DNA of 64,000 nucleotides from positions 682,001 to 746,000 of the forward strand of contig OZ218950.1 of assembly GCA_965112735.1 (NCBI GenBank), given 5' to 3'. Shown here piece after piece: positions 12,976 to 24,319 of the stretch. Under the pieces are notes generated by a model. It was not told the DNA's origin. It did not search any database and saw nothing but the letters and a program-made list of their open reading frames with translations. Each line of letters starts with the position of its first letter. Positions within the stretch are counted from its first letter, which is position 1. The DNA comes from Phaeosaccion multiseriatum (lineage: Eukaryota; Protista; Ochrophyta, other classes). The translations under genes and the position numbers were made by a program.

Positions 12976-15882
12976 AGACGACGCATGCCCCATGATTTGC
13001 ATGACATGCATAGATTCATTTAGGTTAGGGGTACAGCAGCAAGAATACTCATGAGGGGAGAAGTAAGGTTCCTCCCTCCCTCCCTCCCTCTCTCCCTCTC
13101 TCCCTCCCTCCCTCCCCTCCCTCCCCTCTCCTCCCCTCCCCTCCCTCCCTCCCTCCCTCTCCCTCTCTCTCTCTCTCTCACCTCGTCTCTATCCCTAAGC
13201 TCGTCCACCACATAGAGCCTGCTTGCGAGGAAGCACTCCTTGGCCACACTCGGGTCCAAGCGGTCGGGGCCGATGCCTGCGTGGGCGAGTAAGCTGTACA
13301 GCAGGTGGTGATACAGCAGTCACAGAACACGCACGACACCAACGTTCAGCATACCATTCGATCCAATCATTTCGAAGCAGGGCGAAGCAAGCAAGTGGGC
13401 AGGGCAGAGTAGCGATGAGCGGCAGGGGGGATTCAGAGCGGCTCTTTCACAGCTTTCAGAGCACATTCACAGTGTCAGAGCCTCAGACTGCTCGACGGAA
13501 ATGGTCTTGAGACAAGCGGTCGCCTAAGGGTTTGAGTTTGAGTGTAAAGGAGGGAAGCGAAGCGGACACTGACACTGGCCGCTGGACATGACATGAACAC
13601 TGACACTGGCAGGCAACTGCCCCGGCCATTCCACTGGCACTGGGTCCTGGCACTGGCCAAAGCACTGACACTGGACACTGACCTGCCCCAGTCCGTGAGT
13701 GAGAAGCGCTGCAGCACCTTTTTCACCACGCCGCGCCGCCGCCGGTCCATCTTCAGAGATAAATTGTTGATAGGGTACACCTGTTGGTCATTCGCCATTC
13801 GGTTAGTCATTTGTTGGTTGGCTGGTTGGTCCTTCGGTTGGTGATTCGGGTGGTCGCTGGTTTGTCTTTCGGGGTAAGCAAGTCGGCCTTGTACGGAGGA
13901 CGCCACAGGATACACACACACACCCATTGACTCACTACCCACCCACCTACTGACTTGCTACATACCTTCCAGAGCGCCTCGACGAGTCCTCCGTGCTCTC
14001 TCATCACCTTGTCCACCCCCCGTGTGTATAGCCTCGCCTCTCGGTAGGCGTCATGGTCGGCCTTTGCGCTGACGGGAAGGCGCTCCTCCATGCAACACAG
14101 CAGAGCTCGCAGGCCCTGCAGAAGGCTGCTTTGGCTCCGACTCTGGCTTGAGGGAGGGAGGCTGGAGCTGCTGCAGTTGCTGTTGTTGTTGTTGTTGTTG
14201 TTGGAGGTTACGATTCCTCCCTCTCCTCCTCCTCCTCCTCCTCCCACTGCCTCTTCCCCTCCTTCTACGGCTGCTGCTGCTGCTACTACCCCATTCGCCA
14301 CCGACGTAGACGTGGATGTCCGGTTGGCTTTCAAGGCTGCCGCCTTCAAACCCCCTCCTCCTTTCTTGCTGGGCTCTTTCTGACTGCGGTAGATGGCAGC
14401 CGATGTGCGCACGAGCACCTCGAGCCATTGGTGCTCCAAGAGGTGGGCTTCAGAGAACTCCGCAAGGGTCTGAATGTCTTGGGTAGCCTCGCCGTCCTGG
14501 AGGGAGGGACGGATGGAGGGGGGAGGAGGAGGAGGAGGAGGAGGAGGAGGAGGAATGCGCGTGTAGAAGTGAGAGATTGGCGTTCGTGCGTGCGTTCGTG
14601 CGTGCGTGCGTGGGTCCTGACCTTGTTCATGACTGCGATGAAGACTCTCTCTAGCTCATTGGCAAGCTGCTTGGGGGCCTCGGGACACACACACTGCGTG
14701 AACAGCAGGAACTGGGGGGGGTATGGCAGTGGATGGGGAGGAGGAGCAGCAGGAGGAGGAGCAGCAGTTGGTTATAGAGCAGAGTGGAAACATACATCCC
14801 CTTTCCTTCCTTCCTTCCTTCCTTCCATCCTTCCTTCCTTCCTTCCTTCCTTCCTTCCATCCTTCCTTCCTTCCTCCCTTCCTTCCTTCCTTCCTTCCTT
14901 CCTTCCTTCCATCCTTCCTTCCTTCCTTCCATCCTTCCTTCCTTCCTTCCTTCCTTCCTTCCTTCCTTCCTTCCTTCCTTCCTTTTTTTCTTCTGTCACT
15001 TTCTCCCGACCATTTGGTGTGCTCCCATCCACTGCCATCCCTCCCCCTGTCCACCCCACCCCTCTCCCTCCCTCCCCACCCTTCCTTCTCCCTCACCTGC
15101 TCGCGACTCAATTGATATGCCCCGGACACCGGCTCGCCCGTAGTGCCCCCTAAGCTCACAAAGTGATCAAAGGTACTTAATATCATCTTGAACGAAGCCC
15201 TCAGCACCCCCTCCACCTCCATGGACTCCTCCTCCACGGTTGCCTCTCCACTCGAGACGCGCTTGTTGCCCGACGCCACGAACCTCCACCACCGATCGTG
15301 CATCAACACCCGGGACCCGGTCACTGTGAAACGGTGGGCCATGACCCCGTCGGCTCGGTTATACACGTCGCCCGCGCCTCTCTTGCACCCTCCTCCTCCT
15401 CCTCCTCCTGCTGCTGCTGCTGCTGCTTGTGCTGTTGTATCGCCAACTGCAGCATCACTAGGTGCCCCTCTGGAGGTGATGCTGTTGCTGGAGGAGTTCT
15501 GAGCCGTGGCCTTGCGTTCCAAACCCTTCCCAGGGGCCCCTCTTACGCCGCCGTTTGTGACACTAGGACCACTGCAAGTAGTGGTCACGTTGTTGTTCGT
15601 GCTCGTGTTGGTGATACTCCCACGCCGCAGCAGACCCCCTGTGCCATCACTACCCGCCCCTGCTCGTCCGTACATGAGGCCATCCAAGGCCAGCTCCCAT
15701 GGTCTGTTTGGGTCTCCTCCTCCTGCGATACCCAAGCCTCCCCCCCCCACTGCTTCGAGACCGCTCCTGGGAGGGGGGTGAACTTCAATCGGCCGTCTCT
15801 CTTCCCAGGGGGGCACGACAAAGCCGACGAAGGGGCAGGGAGGGGGGCGTGGCGCTCCCTCCCCACTCTCTCTACTGTCTCT
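12223..15882 (-). pseudogene. 3' portion (7 exons) of a spliced host gene B, unknown protein with EF-hand-like helical motifs; no evident 5' end
   Basis: GT-AG exons join in frame: ~15882-15097, 14711-14622, 14496-13966, 13780-13683, 13293-13182, 12912-12664, 12405-12223 (TAG). Junction peptides: QLSREQ|FLLF, VMNK|DGEA, ALWK|VYPI, TDWGS/LLAH, RDRDE|NGVLTLFDFWEALARVA, SFLGE|LVAGL. Confidence 0.75.
14803..14982. repeat. Intronic (CCTT)n microsatellite
   Basis: Direct inspection. Shorter versions at ~45595-45637, 54525-54567 and 60378-60497. Confidence 0.9.
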
Positions 15883-17274
15883 CTTGTTGTGATGAGAGGA
15901 AGTCAGAGTGATAGAAGGAGCGCAGCGCGGCCCCGCACGTACTTCCCGCGGGCCATCCGCTGCCATCTCCCTCCCCCTCCTCCTCCCCCTCCTCCCCCGC
16001 CCCTGTGTCCATGGTCTATCCCCCCTCAGCAACGCCCACACGGGCGAGGGATTCGAATGAACAACAGCGTGTCTATGGATGACTCAGGGATTAGTAGCAG
16101 CTCCTCGCACTCTCAGGAGGATGCTGGTGCCGGGCCCGTGCTGGGCGGTGCTGACTCGGAGTGAGCCCCCTACCCCGCGCGAACGAAACCTTGAGCCCGC
16201 ATTTACACTCTTGTTTGTAAAGAAGCTCACCACTGCACATAGAAATACATCAAAATTCACACACAGCACGTTCAGAAGCCCCCAAGTCACAGTTACTCGG
16301 CCCCTTCCACAGCAGTGAAGCGATGTGGGTGGCGACTGTTTTCATCAAGGTCCATCACGTGTATTGACTTACTCCACTCTTCACACCCACTGTACGAACC
16401 AAGCCTCAAGCTTCACCACGGCGAAGAAAACGGTGAGGCGGACGGAAGGCCATCGGGTCACTAAATCCCAAGTCCCGAGGTATCAGCAGCAGGGCCCTCC
16501 ACACGCACGCACGCTCGCAGCGCCTTCCGTCCGCGCCTCTTCTTCTCACTCGCCGTCACCATACTCTCTTCCAGCGCCGCCCACTCCTCCTTCAGCTTGT
16601 CGCCATCATCATCCCCCCGTACTTCTCCTGAGCGATAGCGGTGGTAGGCAGACACAAAGCCTCGGATCGTGCTCTCCAGGCTCGCCCCCTTCCTCTTTGT
16701 GCGCACAGCGAGGTGGGGCAGCAGCAACACTTTACTCCGCTCCACAGCCACCACCACGCCATTCGATAGCTCCCTGCCCCGACGGCCGCAGAAGGCCGTG
16801 GCAGCATCAGCCCCGCCATCTTCCAGCCCTCTCCACAGGCCACAGGGCAGTTGAATCTCGTCCCCGACATGAAGCCCCAGCCCCGCAAGCAAACCCACCC
16901 CATTCCCATCCTCCAGTGCCTCCTTCCTCTCCTCCCCTCCCCCAGGCATTGAAGGGGCGCATTTTGCCCTCTTCCTTCCTCTCCCATTGATGTCCTCCGC
17001 AGCTCCTCGCTTGGGCACAGGCGTACAACGGGCAATCTCCTCCTTCTGCTCCGCTCCCTCCCTCTTCACTCGTGCATGCCTCTTGCACATCCCACCTTGC
17101 TTCCGATGCTTCTCGCACCCCTCAACAGTACACCTCTTCCGTACCACCACAGCCCCGTGGCCCTTGCAAAGCCCTTCTCGGACCCGTTGCTTGTCGCACC
17201 CCTCAACAGTACACCTCTTCACCACAGCTCCATGGCCCTTGCAAAGTCCTCCCTGTCGCGACTGCTTCTCGCAC

Positions 17275-20200
17275 ACCCCATCTTTTTTTCTGCTTAAGAC
17301 AGGGCCACCATGGAAGGGGACGACAGGGGGGCCACGCGGCCCCCCGGAGCCCAGGAGACACCAGCAAACCTCACAGCAACCCAGCAGGAGCCACCTATGA
17401 GCCGCGATCAGCAGCGGCTCGAAAGAAGGGAGAGACGGGCAGCGGCAGCAGCAATTCGCCAAACACCAGCACGGGAAGGCGTGCCCACCCCCATCACGGC
17501 TCCACCAGCGGCCGCAGCACCCCGCAACACCCTCCCGCAGGACCCACAGCTCCCACCAGCACTCACGGAACCCACAGCAACAGCAGCGGAAGCCCACCCC
17601 CAGCAGCAGCAACCACAACCGATCTCAACGACACGGCAACAAACAGCACCAGCCGCCAGGAGATCTACCACGCCCGCCAGCGAGACAACAGGCCCTACAA
17701 CAGCACCACCCCCCACAGCGACCAGCCCAGCACCCATGCAGCCAACCACGAGGCCAAGGGGACGAAGCAGGACCCCCCGAGCACGCAGCCCGGAAAGGCC
17801 AACCGCCACTTTCCGAGCCTCAGATCCAGCCCAAACCACCAACGCGTCAACTCACAGAAACGCACACGGGATCACAGAGCAAATCGTCTCCATCCTCCAA
17901 GACGAATACGAAGACACCCACCTCACAGCCACGACCCCCATACGGCAACACCCGAACCTCTTCTTCAACGAACAAGCGCCAGCATCCGCCAGCCGACGCA
18001 TCAGCGCTGAGTTCGCAAGCCTAAACCTCACCGCGACGGAACTGACCCACCACAACACGGCCGAGGCCATCGCCGACCTCGTACGACCACCCCCCACGAC
18101 GCACGAGGAAGAGACAGCATCACTCGAAACAGACACGCATGGACACGCACCAACGACATGGAGCAACACCATACGCCACCAGCGCGACGCGGCGCTCCCG
18201 CCTACCAACTCGCACTTCTATATGCCCCTCCTCAGACAAGCTCTAAGGAGCGGAGGCCCCCCCACCACCCCCGGAAGACCACATGGGGGAGGAGATTACC
18301 CCCTTGGATGGCAACAGATCGTAGAGGCCTATGCCCACACGCTCGCAGGCCAAGAGATCACCTCCAACGAGTTGGTCAACGACTACATCACCGCCTCACG
18401 ACAGGAGGAACTCATCGCGGTATTACCCGACGTCCAAGCCATCGTTGAGCGCTACGGCCACGCCCTACGCGACCACACCAACAACACCACCACCTCCCCC
18501 TTCGCCAACACCATGGCCACACCGTGGTGGGCGCCGGGGCAAGCCCTCGCCTTACGCACGAGGCAGGCCCCCCGGGGAACCGCACCAGGACCGCCAACAC
18601 CCCCACCCAAAGTGACACAACCACGCCACAGACGGACGACACCCACAACAACACCACAGCGTACCGCAGGAACATTGACAACAACTACATCGCCACGGGA
18701 GTCCTCTGCAACTTCGAACAGTGCAATGACACCTTCGTCACGGTCGGCAGGTCCAGAGACCGCCTCAACAGGCACCAGTTGAGCCACCACCCCAACCGCG
18801 GCCGAGAGTGGGAACGATGGATGCGCGAACACCACCCCCAGGCCGCGTCAATCCTGTGGTACCGCGCCAACGGCCCACAGAGCGGACCACAGAACAGAAC
18901 GTATCAGCTACGTGACTGTATACGTGGATGCGGCAACCTGGCCCACAGAAACTCCGGCAGATCCCTCCTCAGAAGCTTCCCGCAAGCAGGCCTACGGCAG
19001 CCCATATGCCACACATGCATACGAGCATACGAAGCAGCACACCTCCCGGCATCGTCAACCATCCCACCACGAGCTCGCAGCATGCCCCCACCGACAAGAG
19101 CAGGTGGGACAGACACTACACGGGAGCACGACCCGGAGGGAGAAGGGAGAGGAGAGCGAGCGGGACACAGGGGAGGGGGACGAGGAGACCGCGACGGAAG
19201 AGTAGTAGCAGGGGGGGAGAGGGCGAAAACAGCAGAGGCGGAGGAGAGCGCCCAGCACTGGCACGGGAAGCAGCGGCAGAAGGAGGGGAAGGGCAAGCAG
19301 AGGGAGGAGGTGACGAAGCAGAAGGAGGAGGCGACCCCACCAACAACGAGGAGCTACCCAACTGCCCGGTGTGTATGGAACCGCTCACTGGCCAAGCACA
19401 AGTCGCCATGCACGAAGACGAACATCACGTGCACAACCACTGCGCATTGGGAGTCATGAGCACGTACCCCAACCGCAACGACCACCTCTGCCCCTACTGC
19501 CGCAACCCCTGCTACCGGCACACGATCGAGCAGGCCATCACAGCACAAGGAGGGAGAGCTATGGGCCGCGCAAGGGATCGCCTAGCGAGGGAGCGCAGAG
19601 AGTCGCATCAGCAGCACGCGCAGGCCAGCCAAGGACGGCGCCGCCAGTCCCAGCCACCCCCCACCACCCGACACACACCCCCACCCCAACCTACCGCCCC
19701 CCCAGCCCCGATATGCTGCATATGCATGTCTGACGCGGACCCCCCTTTCATCGCACCAACCACGGAGTGGCCAGTACGCACCCGACGCTGCCAACACACC
19801 GTTCACCCCGCGTGCCTCCTTCACCACCTGAACGACCAAGCCACACTGAGGAGAGCCAACCAGCAGCCCGTCATACCACCAGGCAACCTCCCCTGCCCCG
19901 CGCAAGGCTGCATGGCTGGCTACCAAGCTCAACGAGCCATCCCCGCCCTCAGGACCATCCTCACCCAAGGCAACGCAGCATCGGCCTACCAAGGCCCCCT
20001 CAACGACCTCGAGAACGCCTATCTAGGCCCAGACCCAAACGAGGACCCGTCGCGTACGGCAACGCCCCAGCACACGACAGCAACGGCCAGGCTCAACCCG
20101 TACCAACCCACCACCCCCACGGGCAGAGGAGGAGGGCGAGGGCACGCGGAAGGAGGAGGAGGAGGAGGAGGAGCAATCGCAGCAGCGCCAAGTGGAGTAG

Positions 20201-23200
20201 AAGGACGAAGAGGAGGACGAGGGAGGGGGGAAGGAAACGGACAAGGAGCAGCAGCAGAGAGGGGACCTCAGAGAGAAAGGGCAGGGGGAGATAGCACACG
20301 CACGCAAGGAACCACAGCAGCAGCAGCGAGACGAGGGGGAGGAGGACGGAGCAGAGGCCAAGGAGGTAGCGGCGGGGACGGAGGGGACGGAGAAGGGCCA
20401 GCCAACGACGATACACCCGAGGAAGGATGGCCCATGCAGCACCCAAACGTCCTCCGCCTAGGGGCCCTGGACCCGCAGGGTACCATCCTCTCAACACTCG
20501 TGTTTGAGACAGTAGCGCAGTGCAACCCCCGCCACGTCAGCTCGATTATCAGCTTACAGCAAAGAGCGCTCAACAACTGGAACAGGGCGCTGAGGGCCCA
20601 CAAGAACGGCCCCACCGACGCCACCCTCCACACCCTTCTGGCATGGGATGTCTTCCACCACCTCCTCCCTGCCATGCTCTTCTCTAAAGACGGAGCCTAC
20701 AGCCGCCAGCAGCGGATACAGATGGTCCTCGACCTCGACATCGCCCCACTCGCACAAGCAGCGATAGCCACAGCACACGCACGCCGCCCACCACCCCCAG
20801 CACAGGCACAGACAGAGGAGCGACGGAGAGAAACCTGCGCCCACCTGCTCACCAAACCCGGAGGCCTGCACAAGGCCGCCGCGAGGCTCAGCACAAAGAG
20901 CAGAGACGGCCACCTCCCTCCCACACACGAGACCTTTAGACGCCTCCAGCAAGCGCACGTCGACGAGAGCCTCGAAGAGATCAACACAGCAGCAGCAGCA
21001 GCCAGGGAGTACGCCAGAACCCAGGTGCAGGAGCACCCCGAGAATGGCAACGACGTCACCAGAGAGGAGATCAGCACAGCCATGCTGCTGACCTACCGGA
21101 GGGTCAACTTCTGGAAGGGCCAAGGAGCAGACGGGCGCAGGGCGAGCCACGTCAAGTACCCCCCGGACAGCCCCCAGGAGTACGCAATCGTGGAGGCTCT
21201 GACTGACACCTACGAGCTGCTCCGAACGGGGGACACTCCACTGCCTCCACAGCTCGCCAAACGGTGGTTCAGCACCAGCGCCGCAGCCCTCGGCGAGAAA
21301 GCGCGTCCTGTGACATCCCCCAACCTCTACCGCAGCCTCGTGGAGAGCTGTCACATGAAGCTCATCGCGGACAGGGTGGGCCCAGAGCTCAGAAGCGCAG
21401 GACAGCTAGCGGTAGCGGTCAGAGGCGGAGGGGAAACACACGCCGCAGCAGCCCAGCTAGCGCACGATGCCGGCAAAACCGTCGTGCTGCATGACATCAC
21501 CAAGGCCTACACCCGCGTGTCGCGTGCCAGAGGCGTCCTAGCCTCAGGAGCACTCCCTACCATCGACCCAGCAGGCATCAACTACGCCATCGCCAGCCTC
21601 TCCCACGCCTCCGCCCACAACGCCCTCACACCAGACGGCACCCAGACCATCCACCAGAGCTCCGGAGTCAACCAAGGAGCACCAGAAGGGCCTCTCATGT
21701 TCGCAGCCGCCATCCACCCAGTGCTGAAAGTTCAGAACACAGCCGACACCGCAGCGAACCGCCCCACCATCTCCGCCTACGCAGACGACCTCATGGACCA
21801 GCTGGAACCCGACGCACCCCTAGAGACCTACGCCCCACGACATGCCCATCTCCAAGCCCAATTCCGAGGCTTGGGCCTCGAGTTCAACGAGAGGAAAACG
21901 GTTTACCTCATGGGCAAAGGCAAGCAGCCAACACAGGCTGACAGGGACCACGCCCAACGGCAGGGCGCCACACTAGCCACCGAGGGTACCGTGGTAGCCG
22001 GCATCCCCGTCGGCACGGAGGAGTACATCGAAGAGTACCTCCGCAACATCCTCGGCCAAGAAGACCCCAGGGGCTACCTCCAACTCGCCAAACACTGCAG
22101 CGAGTGGGCCAACACCCAGGCGGCCACCCTCGTCCTCCTCCAATGCCTCCCAGCCAGGCTCACACACCTGGCGAGAGCCATTGACCCCTCCATCTTCCGA
22201 CGCGCCCTCGGCAGCAGGGCAGACCGCACCAACAGGGCGACACTGGCCCACATCATGCGACTCCCCGATGCCCCCCCTCTGGAGCAGGCCGCAGATGCAC
22301 AAGAGGAGCCATGGACGGAGACACAGCGCCTACAAATGCATACGGCACGGCGCTTCGGCGGCCTCGGCCTCACCAGCCTCCACGACATCGCCCCAGCAGC
22401 ATACCTTGGCAACAAGATGCTCACCCTCCCCCCCCTGCTCAGCCGCACCGCACGCCGGGAAGGCTCCCAAGAGAGCGCCCTACCGGACCAGCTGTTCACC
22501 AACGGAGCCCTCAAGAGCGTCGCCGACAGCGTCAACCTCCTGCACGAGGAGGGGGTCCCTGAGGCCCCTCTCATCCAAGCAGTGGGTCAGGCACAGTTCG
22601 ACGAGGCCCGCTCACGCGTACTCGAGCCGCCTGACCACCAAGCCCAAGACACAGCGCGACGCAACGTGCGCAGGAGCCATCAGGCAGGCCGTCAACCGAC
22701 CCACGGCGTCCAGAAGGCCCTCACCACCTTCATCCACAAACGCCGCCATGAGGAGCTGACGCAGAGCATCGCCACCATCGACGTCACACCGGCAGAGGCA
22801 CAGAGGGGAGAGGAGACACAGGAAATGGCAACAGCCCGACTCCACTCACAGCGAGGAAGGGGCGCCATGGCCTTCCTCGGAGCGCTCCCCCACGGCCACA
22901 ACACCATGGCCCCCGCAGAATGGACCATGGCCCTTCGTCGCAACCTCGGTGTCAACACGCCATACGCGGACCCGCCCCCACCCTGCCTCGGCACAGGCTG
23001 CGCCCGCACGGCAAGCACCACCCACGCCACCATCTGCCCCCGCACCGGCCTCCACAACCACACACACCACCTCCTCGTCAAGGCCTTCGGGAGGATGATG
23101 CACAGCGTGGGCATTGGAGGAGCACGTGTAGAGGACCAGACCTGCTTCGACGGCCCCACGGGCACCCGAGCAGGCCGAGACCTACGCATGGATCTGACCT

Positions 23201-24006
23201 ATCCCGCAGGTAGCTTCCCGGGAGCGGACGCACCCCTGCGGAGAAACCTCCTCTGCGACATCACCGTCACCAACCCCACCGCCCCCACCCACGTGGGACG
23301 GGCCTCCACCACGCCAGGCCACGCAGCAGCCGCCGCCGAAGAGCGCAAGCGCATTCACTACCTGGGCAGTTTTCTGCCCGGGACTTCAACCCTGAAGTGC
23401 ATTGCAATCGAGACGTACGGCAGACTGGGCCACCAAACGGACGAGCTCATCGAGGCGATGGCCATCCACAAGGCATCAAGAGGGCTCGGCCCCGCAGCGG
23501 CGGCAGCCACGGGCCCCATCAAGGGCCTCCTGCGCCAACAACTGTCCCTCGCCCTTCAACGCGCCCTCTCACAGCGGGAGATCAGGTATGGCACCCTCCT
23601 TCGAGCCACGATGACGCAGCACGAAGCAGCAGAAACCCTCGACTGGGGGCTCATGGGAGCCATCGACGGAGCGGCCGCCTGAGGAGCAGGAGTACACCAG
23701 CCAGCAGACAGCGAGACCATCAGCACACAGCATAGCAACCACAGTTAGTCACGCCTTGTCACCCGCACCACCCCCAGTAGGATAGTTCACATATCACCTC
23801 CACCACCTCACTCCTTCCCACCCCCCTTCATCTCCTCCTCCCCCCCTCACTCCCTTCCCATTCCCCATTATCCTCTACTCTACCACCCTTACCATCCTCT
23901 TCCCCTCCACATCACGCTCCATCAATACCACACATACACGCATCTACACATGGTTACAACTTACCTCGAGCGCTCCAATACTGAGCCCATATGCTCTAAT
24001 ATACAT
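17275..24006 (+). mobile_element. Full-length non-LTR retrotransposon, RLE type, CRE-clade-like (copy FL1, ~6.73 kb)
   Basis: ~35 nt T-rich 5' UTR, gccaccATGG start at 17310, RT + CCHC + RLE coding region ending TGA at 23682, and a 324 nt C-rich 3' UTR ending ...ctctaatatacat. Flanked on both sides by ctcgcac from the zinc-finger repeat. No LTRs and no poly(A). Confidence 0.95.
17310..23682 (+). CDS. Retrotransposon polyprotein, probably one ORF of ~2120 aa (Pro/Thr-rich N-terminus, C2H2 + C4 fingers, 2 RING-like domains, RT, CCHC, RLE); two apparent frameshifts near 18600 and 19130-19260
   Basis: Overlapping ORFs 17310-18782, 18524-19459 and 18928-23682. RT motifs: RPVTSPNLYRSL, QLAVAVRGGGE, LHDITKAYTRVSR, GVNQGAPEGPLMF, AYADD (YADD at 21778-21789), GLEFNERKT, AGIPVG. 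Post-RT motifs RFGGLGL and ARLHSQRGRGAMAFLGALP. CCHC knuckle CLGTGC-x7-H-x3-C (~22984-23037). RLE motifs RMDL..CDITVTNP..AEERKRIHY..AIETYG. Confidence 0.9.
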
Positions 24007-24319
24007 CTCGCACCCCTCAACAGTACACCTCTTAACGACAGCTCCATGGCCCTGGCAAAGTCCTCCTTGGATCCGCTGCTTGTCGCACCCCTCAACAGTA
24101 CACCTTTTCGGTACCACCACAGCCCCGTGGGCCAGGCAAAGTCCCCCCTGTTGCGAATGCTTGTCGCACCCCTCAACAGTACACCTCTTGGTCACAGCCC
24201 CGTGGGCCACGCAAAATCCTCCTTGGACCCGATGCTTGTCGCACCCCTCAACAGTACACCTCTTCACCACAGCCCCGTGGGCCAGGCAAAGTCCTCCCTG
24301 TTGCGACTGCTTCTCGCAC

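Noticed and set aside
16461-17618. Long antisense fusion ORFs (also 23944-24663 and 61974-63359) as genuine chimeric genes
   Set aside because: The element-derived parts are low-complexity antisense read-through of GC-rich sequence starting at non-ATG or arbitrary codons, with no independent support.
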